64,000 bases of DNA from NCBI GenBank assembly GCA_943359335.1, contig CALRHC010000002.1, positions 1,290 to 65,289 of the forward strand, written 5' to 3'. The translations under genes and the position numbers were made by a program. Each line of letters starts with the position of its first letter. Position 1 is the stretch's first letter. Below are positions 7,773 to 17,913 of this stretch, piece after piece. The DNA is from Candidatus Yanofskybacteria bacterium. Lineage in GTDB: Bacteria; Patescibacteriota; Minisyncoccia; JACQLN01. A model generated the notes under the pieces. That model saw nothing but the letters and a program-made list of their open reading frames with translations, ran no database searches and was not told the DNA's origin.

Positions 7773-10097
7773 TTAAACAATAAAATTTATAAACTTATCC
7801 TTAACAAATATAACTTTCTTTACTGGCGAAGTAAGATATTTAGAAATATTTTCGTTATTTTTAGCAGCTTCTTCAACATCTTTTTGCAAAGAGTCCACTG
7901 GCATTTTAATAACCGCGCGCATCTTAGCGTTTACTTGCACCACTATATCTACTTCTTTATCTTTAACCAGTTTAGAATCAAACTTTGGCCAAGGCGTTAT
8001 ATGAATAGATTTTTTATTCTTTAAAATTTCTCTAAATATCTCCTCGCTCATATGAGGCGCAAAAGGAGCCATGAGTTTAGCCAAAACTTCTAGTTCGTTT
8101 TTACCAACAGATTCCATATTAGCTTCAAATTCATTTAACAAAACCATCAAAGCCGAAACCGAAGTGTTATAACTCAAATTTTCTAAATCCTCTGTTACTT
8201 TTTTAATAGTCTTATTTAGAACTATTTGTAACTTAGGATTATCGTTTTGAGATTTGAGATTTAAAGTTTGAGATAAATTCCACACTCTATCTAAAAATCT
8301 GGTTATTCCTTTTATTCCACCGTCTCTAAAATCACCACCTTGATCAAACGGACCCAGAAACATTAAATACATTCTTAAAACATCAGCGCCATAATTTTTA
8401 ATGTATTCGTCGGGGTTAATAACATTACCCTTGGATTTAGACATTTTTGCGCCATCTTTTATCAATAATCCATGGGCACGGAATTTTTTAAATGGCTCGT
8501 CAAAATTGGTTAAACGTAAATCTTTAAATACCATCGCTAAAAATCGAACGTATAAAAGATGCAAAACAGAATGTTCTGCTCCGCCAATATACATATCTAC
8601 CGGAAACCATTTCTTAGTTACAGCTTGATCCCAAGCATATTTTTTATCTTTAACCGAAGCATAGCGCAAGTAATACCAAGCCGAATCTAAAAATGTATCG
8701 GAAACATCGGTTTCTCTTCTAGCTACTCCTTCGCATTTAGGACATTTAACTTTAAAAAACTTTTCGTCGGCCGCTAAAGGTGATTCGCTTGTACCGGTTG
8801 GTCTAAAGTTTTTTATGTAAGGTAACCTAACTGGTAAATCTTTTTCTGGCACCGGCTGCCAACCACATTTCTCACAATGAATCATTGGAATAGGTGCACC
8901 CCAATAACGTTGGCGAGAAACTAACCAATCCCGCAATCTAAATTGTGTTGTTTTTTTGCCCACACTCTTTTTTATCCCCTCCTCAATTGAAACGAGCGGC
9001 GCACCGCTTATCGCTAATTTAAATTTATTAGCGAATTCTAAATCGCGTTCATCGTGCGCTGGCACTCCCATAACTGCGCCTGTGCCATAACCTGCTAAAA
9101 CATAATCCGAAATCCAAACTGGAACCTTTTCGTTATTAGCTGGATTAATTGCAGAAATACCAGAAAAAATTCCGGATTTATCCTTATCTTGATTTTGATC
9201 GCGAGTAACTCTATCGGAAAGAGCTTTAGTAATATATTCTTTTACTTCTTCCGAAACTTGCCAACCAATATCTAACCAAAACTTTGCTTTCTCGGGCGAA
9301 ATTGCAATAAAGGTTACACCGAAAATTGTATCTGGGCGCGTGGTAAAAACTTCTACAAAATGTTTACCATCTTTTTGCCCTGTAACATCTGTTAAACGAA
9401 ATTTAATAGAAGCACCTTCCGATTTACCTATCCAATTTTTTTGAGCAATTTTTACTTTTTCACTCCAATCGATTTTATCTAAACCCTTTAAAAGCTTATC
9501 GGCATATTTAGTTATTCTAAAAAACCACTGCTCTAGTTCTTTTTTAATAACTTTTGTACCACATCTTTCACATTCACCACTTATAACCTGTTCGTCGGCT
9601 AAAACAGTTAAACAAGAAGGACACCAATTAACCGCAGATTTTTTGCGGTAAGCCAAACCTTTTTTATAAAGCTGTATAAAAATCCATTGTGTCCATTTGT
9701 AATATTCTGGGTCGTAAGTTTCTAATTTCTCATTCCAAGCAAAACCATTACCTATCATTTGTAGTTGGCGGTAAAAATTTTTCTCGGAAACTCTAGCTTG
9801 ATCCATTGGATGCTCGCCAATTTTTAAAGCATAGTTTTCGGAATGTATCCCAAAACCATCAAGCCCAATGGGCTCAAAAACATTAAAACCTTGCATTCTC
9901 TTAAAGCGACCATGAATATCACTCCCCACAAAAGCGTACATATTACCCACGTGCAATCCTTCGGCCGAAGGATACGGAAACATCATTAGGTTATAGAACG
10001 GATTTTTGGCATTTTTTAGATCTGGTTCATAAACCTTCTCAGCCAGCCATTTCTTATGCCACTTAGATTCTACTTTTTTATGATTATATTTGGCCAT
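7773..10097 (-). CDS. leuS: leucyl-tRNA synthetase
   Basis: 774 aa, HVGN(HIGH-type) and KMSKS motifs, C-terminal ...KVIFV..INFIV. Confidence 0.95.
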   Translation of the reverse strand: MAKYNHKKVESKWHKKWLAEKVYEPDLKNAKNPFYNLMMFPYPSAEGLHVGNMYAFVGSDIHGRFKRMQGFNVFEPIGLDGFGIHSENYALKIGEHPMDQARVSEKNFYRQLQMIGNGFAWNEKLETYDPEYYKWTQWIFIQLYKKGLAYRKKSAVNWCPSCLTVLADEQVISGECERCGTKVIKKELEQWFFRITKYADKLLKGLDKIDWSEKVKIAQKNWIGKSEGASIKFRLTDVTGQKDGKHFVEVFTTRPDTIFGVTFIAISPEKAKFWLDIGWQVSEEVKEYITKALSDRVTRDQNQDKDKSGIFSGISAINPANNEKVPVWISDYVLAGYGTGAVMGVPAHDERDLEFANKFKLAISGAPLVSIEEGIKKSVGKKTTQFRLRDWLVSRQRYWGAPIPMIHCEKCGWQPVPEKDLPVRLPYIKNFRPTGTSESPLAADEKFFKVKCPKCEGVARRETDVSDTFLDSAWYYLRYASVKDKKYAWDQAVTKKWFPVDMYIGGAEHSVLHLLYVRFLAMVFKDLRLTNFDEPFKKFRAHGLLIKDGAKMSKSKGNVINPDEYIKNYGADVLRMYLMFLGPFDQGGDFRDGGIKGITRFLDRVWNLSQTLNLKSQNDNPKLQIVLNKTIKKVTEDLENLSYNTSVSALMVLLNEFEANMESVGKNELEVLAKLMAPFAPHMSEEIFREILKNKKSIHITPWPKFDSKLVKDKEVDIVVQVNAKMRAVIKMPVDSLQKDVEEAAKNNENISKYLTSPVKKVIFVKDKFINFIV

Positions 10098-10122
10098 TTG
10101 TATCTATCTAAAATAGCGAAAA

Positions 10123-10150
10123 AAGAGGTTTAAAGCAAGAAAAACCCCTT
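10123..10150 (-). terminator. hairpin AAGAGGTTT-N10-AAACCCCTT after tatD
   Basis: minus-strand T-run TTTTTTCGC follows stem. Confidence 0.5.
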
Positions 10151-10166
10151 AATCTTAAGTTAAATT

Positions 10167-10997
10167 TTAGATACCAAAAACCGAACGAGCGTTTTCTATG
10201 GTGTGATGAGAAACTTCTTCGAAATCAATATTTTTTATTTCACCAATTTTTTTAGCCACCTCCGCCACATACACAGGCTCGTTACGCTGACCGCGAAATG
10301 GCGCTGGAGTTACATAAGGAGCATCAGTTTCTAAAAGCAAACGGTTAATAGGAACAGTTTTTATAATTTCGTCGTAATCGCGAGTAAAAGTTACTACACC
10401 ACCAAATGTAAAATAAAAACCCATATCTAAAAGCATGGTCGCTTGTTTCAAGTCACCACTAAAAAAATGTATTATACCCGGAACAGTTTGTAATTTATGC
10501 CGATTATCCCTTAAAACATTTAACAAATCGTCGAAAGCTTTGCGACAGTGAATCATTAAAGGTTTTTTAACCTCATATGCTAATTCTATTTGTTCTATGA
10601 AAACTTTCTCCTGTTTTTTTCTATATTCTGCCGAATGATAATAATCTAAGCCGCACTCACCTATAGCCACAACTTTTGGATTAAGTGCCAATTTTTTATA
10701 TTCTTCGTAATCAAAAACCTCACCCTTACTGGTAAATTCCGTTCCTCCTTCACCAAGCTCAGCTTTGTCATGAAAAGATTTATCGGTATGGACCGGATGT
10801 AAACCAACAGTTGCATAAACACCTTGCGAATACTTTTCGGCAAGTTTAATTGCTTCAAGAGAAGTGTCTTTTTGTGTACCAACATTTACCATCCAGATTC
10901 CAGCATCTAAAGATCTTTTTATAACTTCATCTCTATCGTCTTTATAGGCTACAAATTGAACGTGGGTATGGGCGTCGATTAATTTTGGATTATTCAT
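10167..10997 (-). CDS. tatD: TatD family metal-dependent DNase/hydrolase
   Basis: IDAHTH..., GECGLDY, ETDAPY motifs. Confidence 0.9.
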   Translation of the reverse strand: MNNPKLIDAHTHVQFVAYKDDRDEVIKRSLDAGIWMVNVGTQKDTSLEAIKLAEKYSQGVYATVGLHPVHTDKSFHDKAELGEGGTEFTSKGEVFDYEEYKKLALNPKVVAIGECGLDYYHSAEYRKKQEKVFIEQIELAYEVKKPLMIHCRKAFDDLLNVLRDNRHKLQTVPGIIHFFSGDLKQATMLLDMGFYFTFGGVVTFTRDYDEIIKTVPINRLLLETDAPYVTPAPFRGQRNEPVYVAEVAKKIGEIKNIDFEEVSHHTIENARSVFGI

Positions 10998-11017
10998 TAA
11001 TTTAAACTTATTAAAAC

Positions 11018-11110
11018 ATCTCTCCTAACAGCGATATATGAAGTTTGCCTAAGCAAGGTTCATCGTCAACTGACTTAGGTTTTCTCCATAAATGCTGTTG
11101 GGAGAGATGT
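11018..11110. repeat. repeat family F2 copy: palindromic element (GCGATATATGAAGTTTGCCTAAGCAAGGTTCATCGTC) nested inside outer inverted repeat CATCTCTCCTAACA/TGTTGGGAGAGATG
   Basis: RC is approx 85% identical to the 38-nt perfect palindrome at 20014-20051. Confidence 0.5.
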
Positions 11111-11131
11111 TAGGAAAAAACTTACCCTAAT

Positions 11132-11216
11132 ATCATTTTGAGCGATTTCAAGGAGGTTCGATTTAATATAAAGAGGGAGGATGTAAGTGCTCCTCCTTGC
11201 AGGAGCGAAAAATGAT
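11132..11216. repeat. repeat family F1 copy 2 (core plus site-specific closing stem AATATCATTTT/AAAATGATATT), immediately 3' of metG
   Basis: core approx 95% identical to copy 1 with 1-nt indel (excludes coding). Confidence 0.65.
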
Positions 11217-11228
11217 ATTAAAAAACAA

Positions 11229-12692
11229 TTAACTCAACCTAGGAAACAAATTATCACCCTTCTTAAAATTAATAGATGACTCGGAAAACCAAATTTGTTT
11301 TCTAATCTTTTCGCCTGCTTCTGGTAAAAATGGTTCAACTAAGTTTAGAATAACACCAAGTAAATAACCAGAGTTAGTCATTATTTTTTTAAATTGTTCT
11401 TCGTCTTTAACTTCCCAAGGTTTTTTGTCATTAATATATTTATCGGCAAAAGAAATTAAACCCCAAACATTAATTAAGGCTTCGTGTAGTTTAATTTCGC
11501 TTAAAGAAGATTCGTATTCTTTATAAAAATCATTGCAAACTTTTTTAACCTCGGGTTCTATATCTATAGAAAAATCAAATTTTACTGGGCTAATTTTTTC
11601 GCCTAATGTAACTGTACGGGCTACTAAGTTACCCAAACCATTGGCTAAATCGGCGGAATATCTATCTTCAAACTTTCTCAAACTAAAATCTCCATCATCA
11701 TAAGAAGGGATTTCTCGTAAAAGATAATAACGCAACGCATCCGTTCCATATTTTTTAGCAAGCGACACAGGGTCTACAATATTACCCAAACTTTTAGACA
11801 TCTTTTGTCCTTCAACCGAAATAAAACCATGAACAAAAATAGATTTTGGTAATGGCAAACCAGCCGACAAAAGTATACCCGGCCAAATAGCGGCGTGAAA
11901 ACGTAGAATATCCTTGCCTATCACTTGGAGATCGGCTGGCCAAAGTTTTTTAAATTGTTCAGTTTCATTTCCGTAACCAACAGCTGTAATATAGTTAGCC
12001 AAAGCATCGCACCAAACATACATAACTTGTTGTGCATCATTTGGTACTGGAATACCCCAAGGCAAATCTTTTTTGGGTCTAGAGAAACTAATATCTTCCA
12101 AACCAGATTCTATAAAAGATAAAATTTCATTTTTGCGCGATTCTGGAATTATTCTTAATTCATCATTCCTAATTCTTAATTCTATTTCTTTTTGGTATTT
12201 TGAAAGTTTAAAAAACCAGTTTTCTTGCTCCACTGTTTCTGGTTCTTTTTGGTGATCTAGGCATTTACCATCTATTAAATCTTTTTCTGTTTTAAAAGAT
12301 TCACAACCAACACAATAAAGTCCATTATATTTTTTCTTATAAATATCGCCCGAATCCAAAAGTTTCTGCCACAGCTTTTGAACACCTGGCCAATGATTTT
12401 TTTGATCAGTTGTTCTAATAAAACCATCCCAAGAAAGATTTAAAACATCTTTTAACTGTTTAAAATATTCTGCGTTTTCATTTACAAAATCCTGCACATC
12501 TTTATTCTCTCTTTCGGCTGCACGAAAAATCTTAACACCGTGTTCGTCGGTACCTGTTAAAAAGAAAACATCGTCACCTTTTATTCTGTGATAACGTGCC
12601 AAAACATCCGCTTGAATCTTTTCTAAAGCGTGTCCAATATGTGGTTTACCATTAACATAATCAATGGCTGTTGTAATATAAAACTTGTTCAT
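11229..12692 (-). CDS. metG: methionyl-tRNA synthetase (short form)
   Basis: HIGH (PHIGH) and KMSKS motifs, 487 aa. Confidence 0.95.
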   Translation of the reverse strand: MNKFYITTAIDYVNGKPHIGHALEKIQADVLARYHRIKGDDVFFLTGTDEHGVKIFRAAERENKDVQDFVNENAEYFKQLKDVLNLSWDGFIRTTDQKNHWPGVQKLWQKLLDSGDIYKKKYNGLYCVGCESFKTEKDLIDGKCLDHQKEPETVEQENWFFKLSKYQKEIELRIRNDELRIIPESRKNEILSFIESGLEDISFSRPKKDLPWGIPVPNDAQQVMYVWCDALANYITAVGYGNETEQFKKLWPADLQVIGKDILRFHAAIWPGILLSAGLPLPKSIFVHGFISVEGQKMSKSLGNIVDPVSLAKKYGTDALRYYLLREIPSYDDGDFSLRKFEDRYSADLANGLGNLVARTVTLGEKISPVKFDFSIDIEPEVKKVCNDFYKEYESSLSEIKLHEALINVWGLISFADKYINDKKPWEVKDEEQFKKIMTNSGYLLGVILNLVEPFLPEAGEKIRKQIWFSESSINFKKGDNLFPRLS

Positions 12693-12717
12693 GATTTTAG
12701 AACTTAGGATTTAGAGT

Positions 12718-13767
12718 TTAGGAATTTTGGCTTTCTTCATGATGATGTCCAAAATCTTTTATAATTTCTACTAAAACTACAGCTACCGGCACCGAAAGAA
12801 TTATACCTGGTATACCAAATAACTCACCGCCAATAAGTAAAGCAATTATAACCACTACAGGATTGAGTCCAATAGCGCGGTTCATTATATTAGGCACAAA
12901 AACATGATTTTCTAATTGGTGGACAATAGTGTAAATAAGAATAACCCAAAGAGCAACAATTGGAGATTTCAAAAGACCCAAAATAATAGCTGGTACCGCA
13001 GCAAGCACTGGGCCAAATATTGGAATAATTTCCATCATGCCCGCAATTAAAGCCAAAAGAACACTGTGTTTTATACCAAAAATTAAAAGTCCGATATAAA
13101 TTAAAACGCCTACAATTATACTAAGTATAAGTTGAGCTTGCAGCCAACGGCCAAGTTTATATTGCGCACGCGACCAAAGATTTAAAACGTAGGGCTGTTT
13201 TTCTTTTGTTGTAACTGCTCGTAAAAAAATACTAATACCATGCTCTTGAGCAGCCAAGTAAAAAGAAATTACAATAACAAAAACCGCAGAAATAACTCCA
13301 CCAAAAATTCCTGTTGTTGCTCCAAAAATATTTCCAGAAATATTAGCAAGATCATTACTTACGGCAACAAGGTTATCTTGAATTTTGTTTAACAACTGTT
13401 CGTACTGCGGAGCAGAGTCTCTGATGACTTTAAAAAAACCATCTACTTTATCGAAGTACAAAGGAACAACCAAAGAAAGATTATCTAACTCTTCCGATAA
13501 CGGAGAAATTATAAAATATAATACTGTTCCTAAAAATAAAAACAATAAAAGATAGATAGCAAAAACACCGAGCGTTCTGGGTATACCTTTGCTTTGTAAA
13601 TAATTAGCTAGCGGAGTAATGGCAGCTGCTATTATAATGGAAAACAAAAGTACCGCTACTACATCGCGGATCAAATATATGAGTGCCAAACCCAGCACAA
13701 TAGCAAAAGCACGGAGTAAAGTTTCCGTGTTTATGCTGATGTGTGTATGAGATAACGGAGATTTCAA
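12718..13767 (-). CDS. AI-2E family transporter (UPF0118/PerM-like)
   Basis: 8-TM profile, 349 aa, typical PerM architecture. Confidence 0.75.
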   Translation of the reverse strand: MKSPLSHTHISINTETLLRAFAIVLGLALIYLIRDVVAVLLFSIIIAAAITPLANYLQSKGIPRTLGVFAIYLLLFLFLGTVLYFIISPLSEELDNLSLVVPLYFDKVDGFFKVIRDSAPQYEQLLNKIQDNLVAVSNDLANISGNIFGATTGIFGGVISAVFVIVISFYLAAQEHGISIFLRAVTTKEKQPYVLNLWSRAQYKLGRWLQAQLILSIIVGVLIYIGLLIFGIKHSVLLALIAGMMEIIPIFGPVLAAVPAIILGLLKSPIVALWVILIYTIVHQLENHVFVPNIMNRAIGLNPVVVIIALLIGGELFGIPGIILSVPVAVVLVEIIKDFGHHHEESQNS

Positions 13768-15035
13768 AATTTTAATATCCCTTCAAAGCCTGCCTTGTCC
13801 TTAAGCGGCCCAATTACGGCCAAGTTGAGATTCTTATCTTGGAAGATATCTTCGGCCACATTCTTTATGTCGGCCAAAGTAACTTTATCCATCATACTGA
13901 ACTTTTGTTCAACTGTCAATACATCATTGGTTAATACCTCCTGAAGGCCGAAAAATGAGGCTAAATCATCGGAAGCTTCTAATCCTAGTAGCGTTCCACC
14001 TCTTATAAAATCCTTAGCTTTTTGGAGCTCTTTTTCCTCTACTCCATTGGCTTTTATCTTTTTTAGTTCTGCCATTATGGCTTCCACTGCTTCAGCAACT
14101 CTAGCAGTATCAACACCGGAACTTACTTCAAAGTAACCGTGATCTAGTGAAAGTGTAGAAGACGCACGAATGTAATAGCCTAAACCAAGTTCATCGCGAA
14201 TTCTAATAAACAATCTAGAAGACATGCCTCCACCTAAAATTGTGGCAAGCAATCCCAAAGCCCAGCGCCGTGGGTCGAACATATTATAAGCCCGAGCACC
14301 TAAAATTATATGGCACTGATCGGTTTCTTTATAAAAAACTTTTATCTGTGGCGCACTCTGAGATTCCACGCATGGAAGTGGTTTTGGTACATCGCCTTCT
14401 TTTACAGTACTAAAATATTTGTGTACTTTTTCTTTTGCGTTTTCAGCAGTAATGTTTCCCGCAACTACCACGACTACACCCTTTGAACGATAATGCTTAT
14501 CCATATAATCTATAAAATGTTGTCGGTTTATAGAACGTATAACTTCTTTTCTGCCGGCAATATCCCAACCTGCGGGTTGATCGCCGTATAATAATTCTTC
14601 AAAAAGATCACCAATCTTTCGCATTGGTGTATCTTCATACATATCTATTTCGCCAATAATTACACCGCGTTCTTTTTCTATTTCTTCTTGTGGAATTGTA
14701 GAATTTAAAAATATATCACTTACAACATCAAAAGCTAAATCGGAATGTTTGCTGTCTACCTTAACCCAATAGCCTGTTAATTCTTTATCTGTAAAAGCGT
14801 TATACGCCGCACCCACTGCATCTAGTTCGTGGGCAATATCCGATTTCCCTGGGCGTTTGGTAGTGCCTTTAAAAAACATATGCTCCAAAAAATGCGAAAT
14901 ACCATTTATATCTTTTGTTTCGTAACGCGAACCGGTGCCTGCCAAAACAAGCAAGGTTAAAGTTTGAGTTCCTTGCATAGGAACATAAATTGCGCGTAGT
15001 CCATTTGGCCAAACATCTTTTGTAAAATTATGCAT
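13764..15035 (-). CDS. M16 family zinc peptidase (insulinase-like)
   Basis: HFLEHMFFKGT inverted zinc motif HxxEH. Confidence 0.85.
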   Translation of the reverse strand: MHNFTKDVWPNGLRAIYVPMQGTQTLTLLVLAGTGSRYETKDINGISHFLEHMFFKGTTKRPGKSDIAHELDAVGAAYNAFTDKELTGYWVKVDSKHSDLAFDVVSDIFLNSTIPQEEIEKERGVIIGEIDMYEDTPMRKIGDLFEELLYGDQPAGWDIAGRKEVIRSINRQHFIDYMDKHYRSKGVVVVVAGNITAENAKEKVHKYFSTVKEGDVPKPLPCVESQSAPQIKVFYKETDQCHIILGARAYNMFDPRRWALGLLATILGGGMSSRLFIRIRDELGLGYYIRASSTLSLDHGYFEVSSGVDTARVAEAVEAIMAELKKIKANGVEEKELQKAKDFIRGGTLLGLEASDDLASFFGLQEVLTNDVLTVEQKFSMMDKVTLADIKNVAEDIFQDKNLNLAVIGPLKDKAGFEGILKF

Positions 15036-15145
15036 AATTTGTTTTTAAAATTTAGATTAAAATATGTCTTAAAAACAGAATAACAGTTTTTGTTTTATAT
15101 TAAAACCCTCTAGTATAAAATCATTTTGTTTTTATAAATAAAAAA

Positions 15146-15176
15146 CCCTGCACTTAATATGTGTTAAATTGCAGGG
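15146..15176 (-). terminator. hairpin CCCTGCA-N17-TGCAGGG after 15232..15894 gene
   Basis: minus-strand T-run TTTTTTATTTAT. Confidence 0.6.
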
Positions 15177-15231
15177 CCTTTAAAAAATATAATAACTATC
15201 AAGAAACCATAAAAAGTGTCAACGAAAGGAA

Positions 15232-15894
15232 CTATGAAGTCTTTTTCTGACTCATTAACCATGAATAAACAACTACACAAAACAACATTACACCAAATAT
15301 CCAAAGCAATCCATGTTTTAAAAAGGAATGATCGCTATCCCAAAAAATTATGCAGTACAACCAAACTAACCAGTTAAAACCAGGGATCAATAAAACAACG
15401 GCTGGCTCACTTTTTCTACCAGTTGACCAAGCACTTAAATAAGGAAAAATATATATAACCAAGCCACAAAGAAAAAGAACAAAACTCCCAATTATACCGC
15501 TAGAATCCTCTAGGCTCTGTATTTTCTGTTTTATCCCTCTTTCTGACTTGGTTCTTTCGAATTCCTCTTTTTCTTTAGCCGCTATTTCAGCGCGACGTAT
15601 TGCCTCTTCTTTTTCTCTCTTCTGAACTTGCACCCAGTATTCGTCGTTAACTTCCCCATGACAAAGAGGACACCTTGACGCATTACGCTTAAGAGTTTGA
15701 AACAAGCAATGCGGACAACTATGTTGGCCGGGATTAAACTGTTTATACCGCACATCAGAGAGTACATTAAGAGATTCTTCGTGTTCTCTTTTTTGTTGCC
15801 TAAGAATTTCTTCATGCCTTTCTTCCGCCATACATCGAGGACATTCTGATCCTCTATAATCAATGCCATGCCAACCACAATATAAAGTTGCCAT
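15232..15894 (-). CDS. hypothetical membrane protein with N-terminal double zinc-ribbon
   Basis: CGWHG..CPRC, CPHC..CPLC pairs, charged linker, 3-4 C-terminal TMs. Confidence 0.5.
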   Translation of the reverse strand: MATLYCGWHGIDYRGSECPRCMAEERHEEILRQQKREHEESLNVLSDVRYKQFNPGQHSCPHCLFQTLKRNASRCPLCHGEVNDEYWVQVQKREKEEAIRRAEIAAKEKEEFERTKSERGIKQKIQSLEDSSGIIGSFVLFLCGLVIYIFPYLSAWSTGRKSEPAVVLLIPGFNWLVWLYCIIFWDSDHSFLKHGLLWIFGVMLFCVVVYSWLMSQKKTS

Positions 15895-16023
15895 TTATAA
15901 CCCCCCATAGCTACGTATTGTATAAAGATTGTAAAGAACTTTAGAATATATAATATCAGAAATTATACTGTACGTCAAACATAACCGTAAACCACAACAG
16001 TAAGTAATACTATATAATTACAG

Positions 16024-17328
16024 TTATGATCGAATTTTAGATCTCAAAAAATTATCTAATTCCGAAATTTTTATTCTTTCCTGCGTGGTAGTGTCTCTGT
16101 CCCGGATTGTTACTGTTTCGTCTTCCAAAGTTTGAAAATCTACCGTTATGCAATATGGTGTACCAATTTCATCTTGGCTATAATAACGTTTGCCAACATT
16201 ACCTCTATCATCCCACGCTACCACAAATTCTTTTTTTAAACTGGTATAAACTTTTTTGGCCGCTTCCACAAGTTCTGGTTTATTTTTCATTAAAGGAAAC
16301 ACTGCGGCTTTGTAAGGCGCTATCTTGGGGCTTAATTTTAAAACAGTTCGGCTAGAATCGGTATCATCGTAGGCGCTACATAAAATAGCAAGTAACGATC
16401 TATCTACGCCCCACGTAGGTTCAATAACATGCGGCCAATACTCTTCGCCGCTAGACGTATTATCTCCTTGTTCGCGATATTTTAAATTTTGGCCAGATGC
16501 ATTTTCGTGATTTTTTAAATCAAAATCGGTTCTGTAAGCCAAACCATAAAGTTCCTTTCTACCAAAAGGGAAATCAAATTCAAAATCTATTGTGCGCTTA
16601 GAATAATGCGCCCTGTCTTCGGCAGGAATTTCTATTTCGTGAACATGTTTTAAATCTATACCAACATCTTCCATCCAACCTAGCATTTCTTTTCGCCAAT
16701 GTTCAAAGTTTTCCTGCCAAGTATCTTTTTTAATAAAGTATTCAATTTCCATTTGTTCAAATTCACGTGTTCTAAAAATAAAGTTCCCTGGTGTAATTTC
16801 GTTTCTAAAAGCTTTACCAATTTGAGCAATACCAAATGGAATTGTTTTGCGACTAGTGTCTAAAACATTTTTAAAATCTACAAACATAGCCTGCGCAGTT
16901 TCTGGTCTAAAGTAAACCGTATTTTCGGATCCTTCAGCGGGACCCAAAAAAGTTTTTAACATTAAATTAAACTGCTTAGCTTCGGTAAAAACTTTACCAC
17001 CGCACTGTTCACATGCCCCATTAAGTTGATCTTCTCTAAAACGAGAATGGCACTTAACACATTCAACCAAAGGATCGCTGAAAGTTGCTACGTGGCCACT
17101 AGCCTCCCAAACTTTCGAATTCATTATTAAAGCCGCATCTATGCCAACCACATCATCACGGCCATGCACAAATTTTTTCCACCACAACTGTTTTATATTG
17201 TTTTTTAATTCCACGCCCAAAGGGCCATAATCCCAACTATTGGCGAGGCCACCATAAATTTCGCTACCTGGGTAAACAAACCCTCGGCGTTTACATAAAG
17301 ATACAATTTTATCTATAGAATCTGTCAT
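16024..17328 (-). CDS. glyQS: glycyl-tRNA synthetase, class II dimeric type (start likely MTDSIDK)
   Basis: MTDSIDKIVSLCKRRGFVYPGSEIYGG typical GlyRS N-terminus. Confidence 0.9.
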   Translation of the reverse strand: MTDSIDKIVSLCKRRGFVYPGSEIYGGLANSWDYGPLGVELKNNIKQLWWKKFVHGRDDVVGIDAALIMNSKVWEASGHVATFSDPLVECVKCHSRFREDQLNGACEQCGGKVFTEAKQFNLMLKTFLGPAEGSENTVYFRPETAQAMFVDFKNVLDTSRKTIPFGIAQIGKAFRNEITPGNFIFRTREFEQMEIEYFIKKDTWQENFEHWRKEMLGWMEDVGIDLKHVHEIEIPAEDRAHYSKRTIDFEFDFPFGRKELYGLAYRTDFDLKNHENASGQNLKYREQGDNTSSGEEYWPHVIEPTWGVDRSLLAILCSAYDDTDSSRTVLKLSPKIAPYKAAVFPLMKNKPELVEAAKKVYTSLKKEFVVAWDDRGNVGKRYYSQDEIGTPYCITVDFQTLEDETVTIRDRDTTTQERIKISELDNFLRSKIRS

Positions 17329-17395
17329 TAGAATACTATACCAATTTGATAGCTTGTGAGCAAAAAAAATCACCCAATATTCTTTCGGGTGATTG

Positions 17396-17860
17396 CTACA
17401 CCGCTAACACTTCGGTTATTTGGCTTTCTAAAACTATGTTTATATCCTTAAAAAGAACATAGCCTTTAAACTTTTTACCTTCAAGAAACATGGGAAGCCA
17501 TAATTTATCGGCGGGCCACATAGATTCAAATGGGATTTCATTTACGTTAAACCACTCTGGTTTCATTTCTTCACTTTCAACCATGTCCCCAGTAAAATTT
17601 TTTACATGAAAAATGTGAACCTCGAGAGTTTCTGGATTGCCTTCAAATTCAAAATCCATAATACCAACTTTTTCCAATACACCAACAACAATACCTGATT
17701 CTTCTTGCATCTCTCTTTGGGCCGCTTCTTCGATGGCTTCTCCATCTTTAACTTTTCCACCAAAACCATTCCATCTACCAACACCAAAACCACGTTTCTT
17801 CATACCTAAAAGAATTTGAGAACCTTTATAGGGAATACAAAGTGTATATATTTTCTTCAT
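17396..17860 (-). CDS. NUDIX hydrolase
   Basis: Nudix box GGKVKDGEAIEEAAQREMQEESGI. Confidence 0.85.
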   Translation of the reverse strand: MKKIYTLCIPYKGSQILLGMKKRGFGVGRWNGFGGKVKDGEAIEEAAQREMQEESGIVVGVLEKVGIMDFEFEGNPETLEVHIFHVKNFTGDMVESEEMKPEWFNVNEIPFESMWPADKLWLPMFLEGKKFKGYVLFKDINIVLESQITEVLAV

Positions 17861-17913
17861 AACTCTAAGCTCCTTTTAGATTTTAGAAAGGACTAGATTT
17901 GAATAATATACCT

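Noticed and set aside
7683-8024. 113-aa + strand ORF from the track starting inside repeat F1 and running antisense through the leuS 3' end
   Set aside because: Overlaps the well-supported leuS on the opposite strand. The same frame is destroyed by a 1-nt indel in F1 copy 2, so the F1 core is not coding. Other antisense track ORFs (651..872, 1000..1245, 3173..3373, 25667..25972, 54867..55307, 61687..61926 and others) are rejected for the same reason.
8241-8275. 17-nt identical string GTTTTGAGATTTGAGAT shared by leuS (approx 8245) and ileS (approx 26222), both encoding LKSQN
   Set aside because: Low-complexity AT-rich coding sequence in variable surface loops of two paralogous class I synthetases. 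Most likely coincidence or convergent codon choice, too short to call a repeat element.
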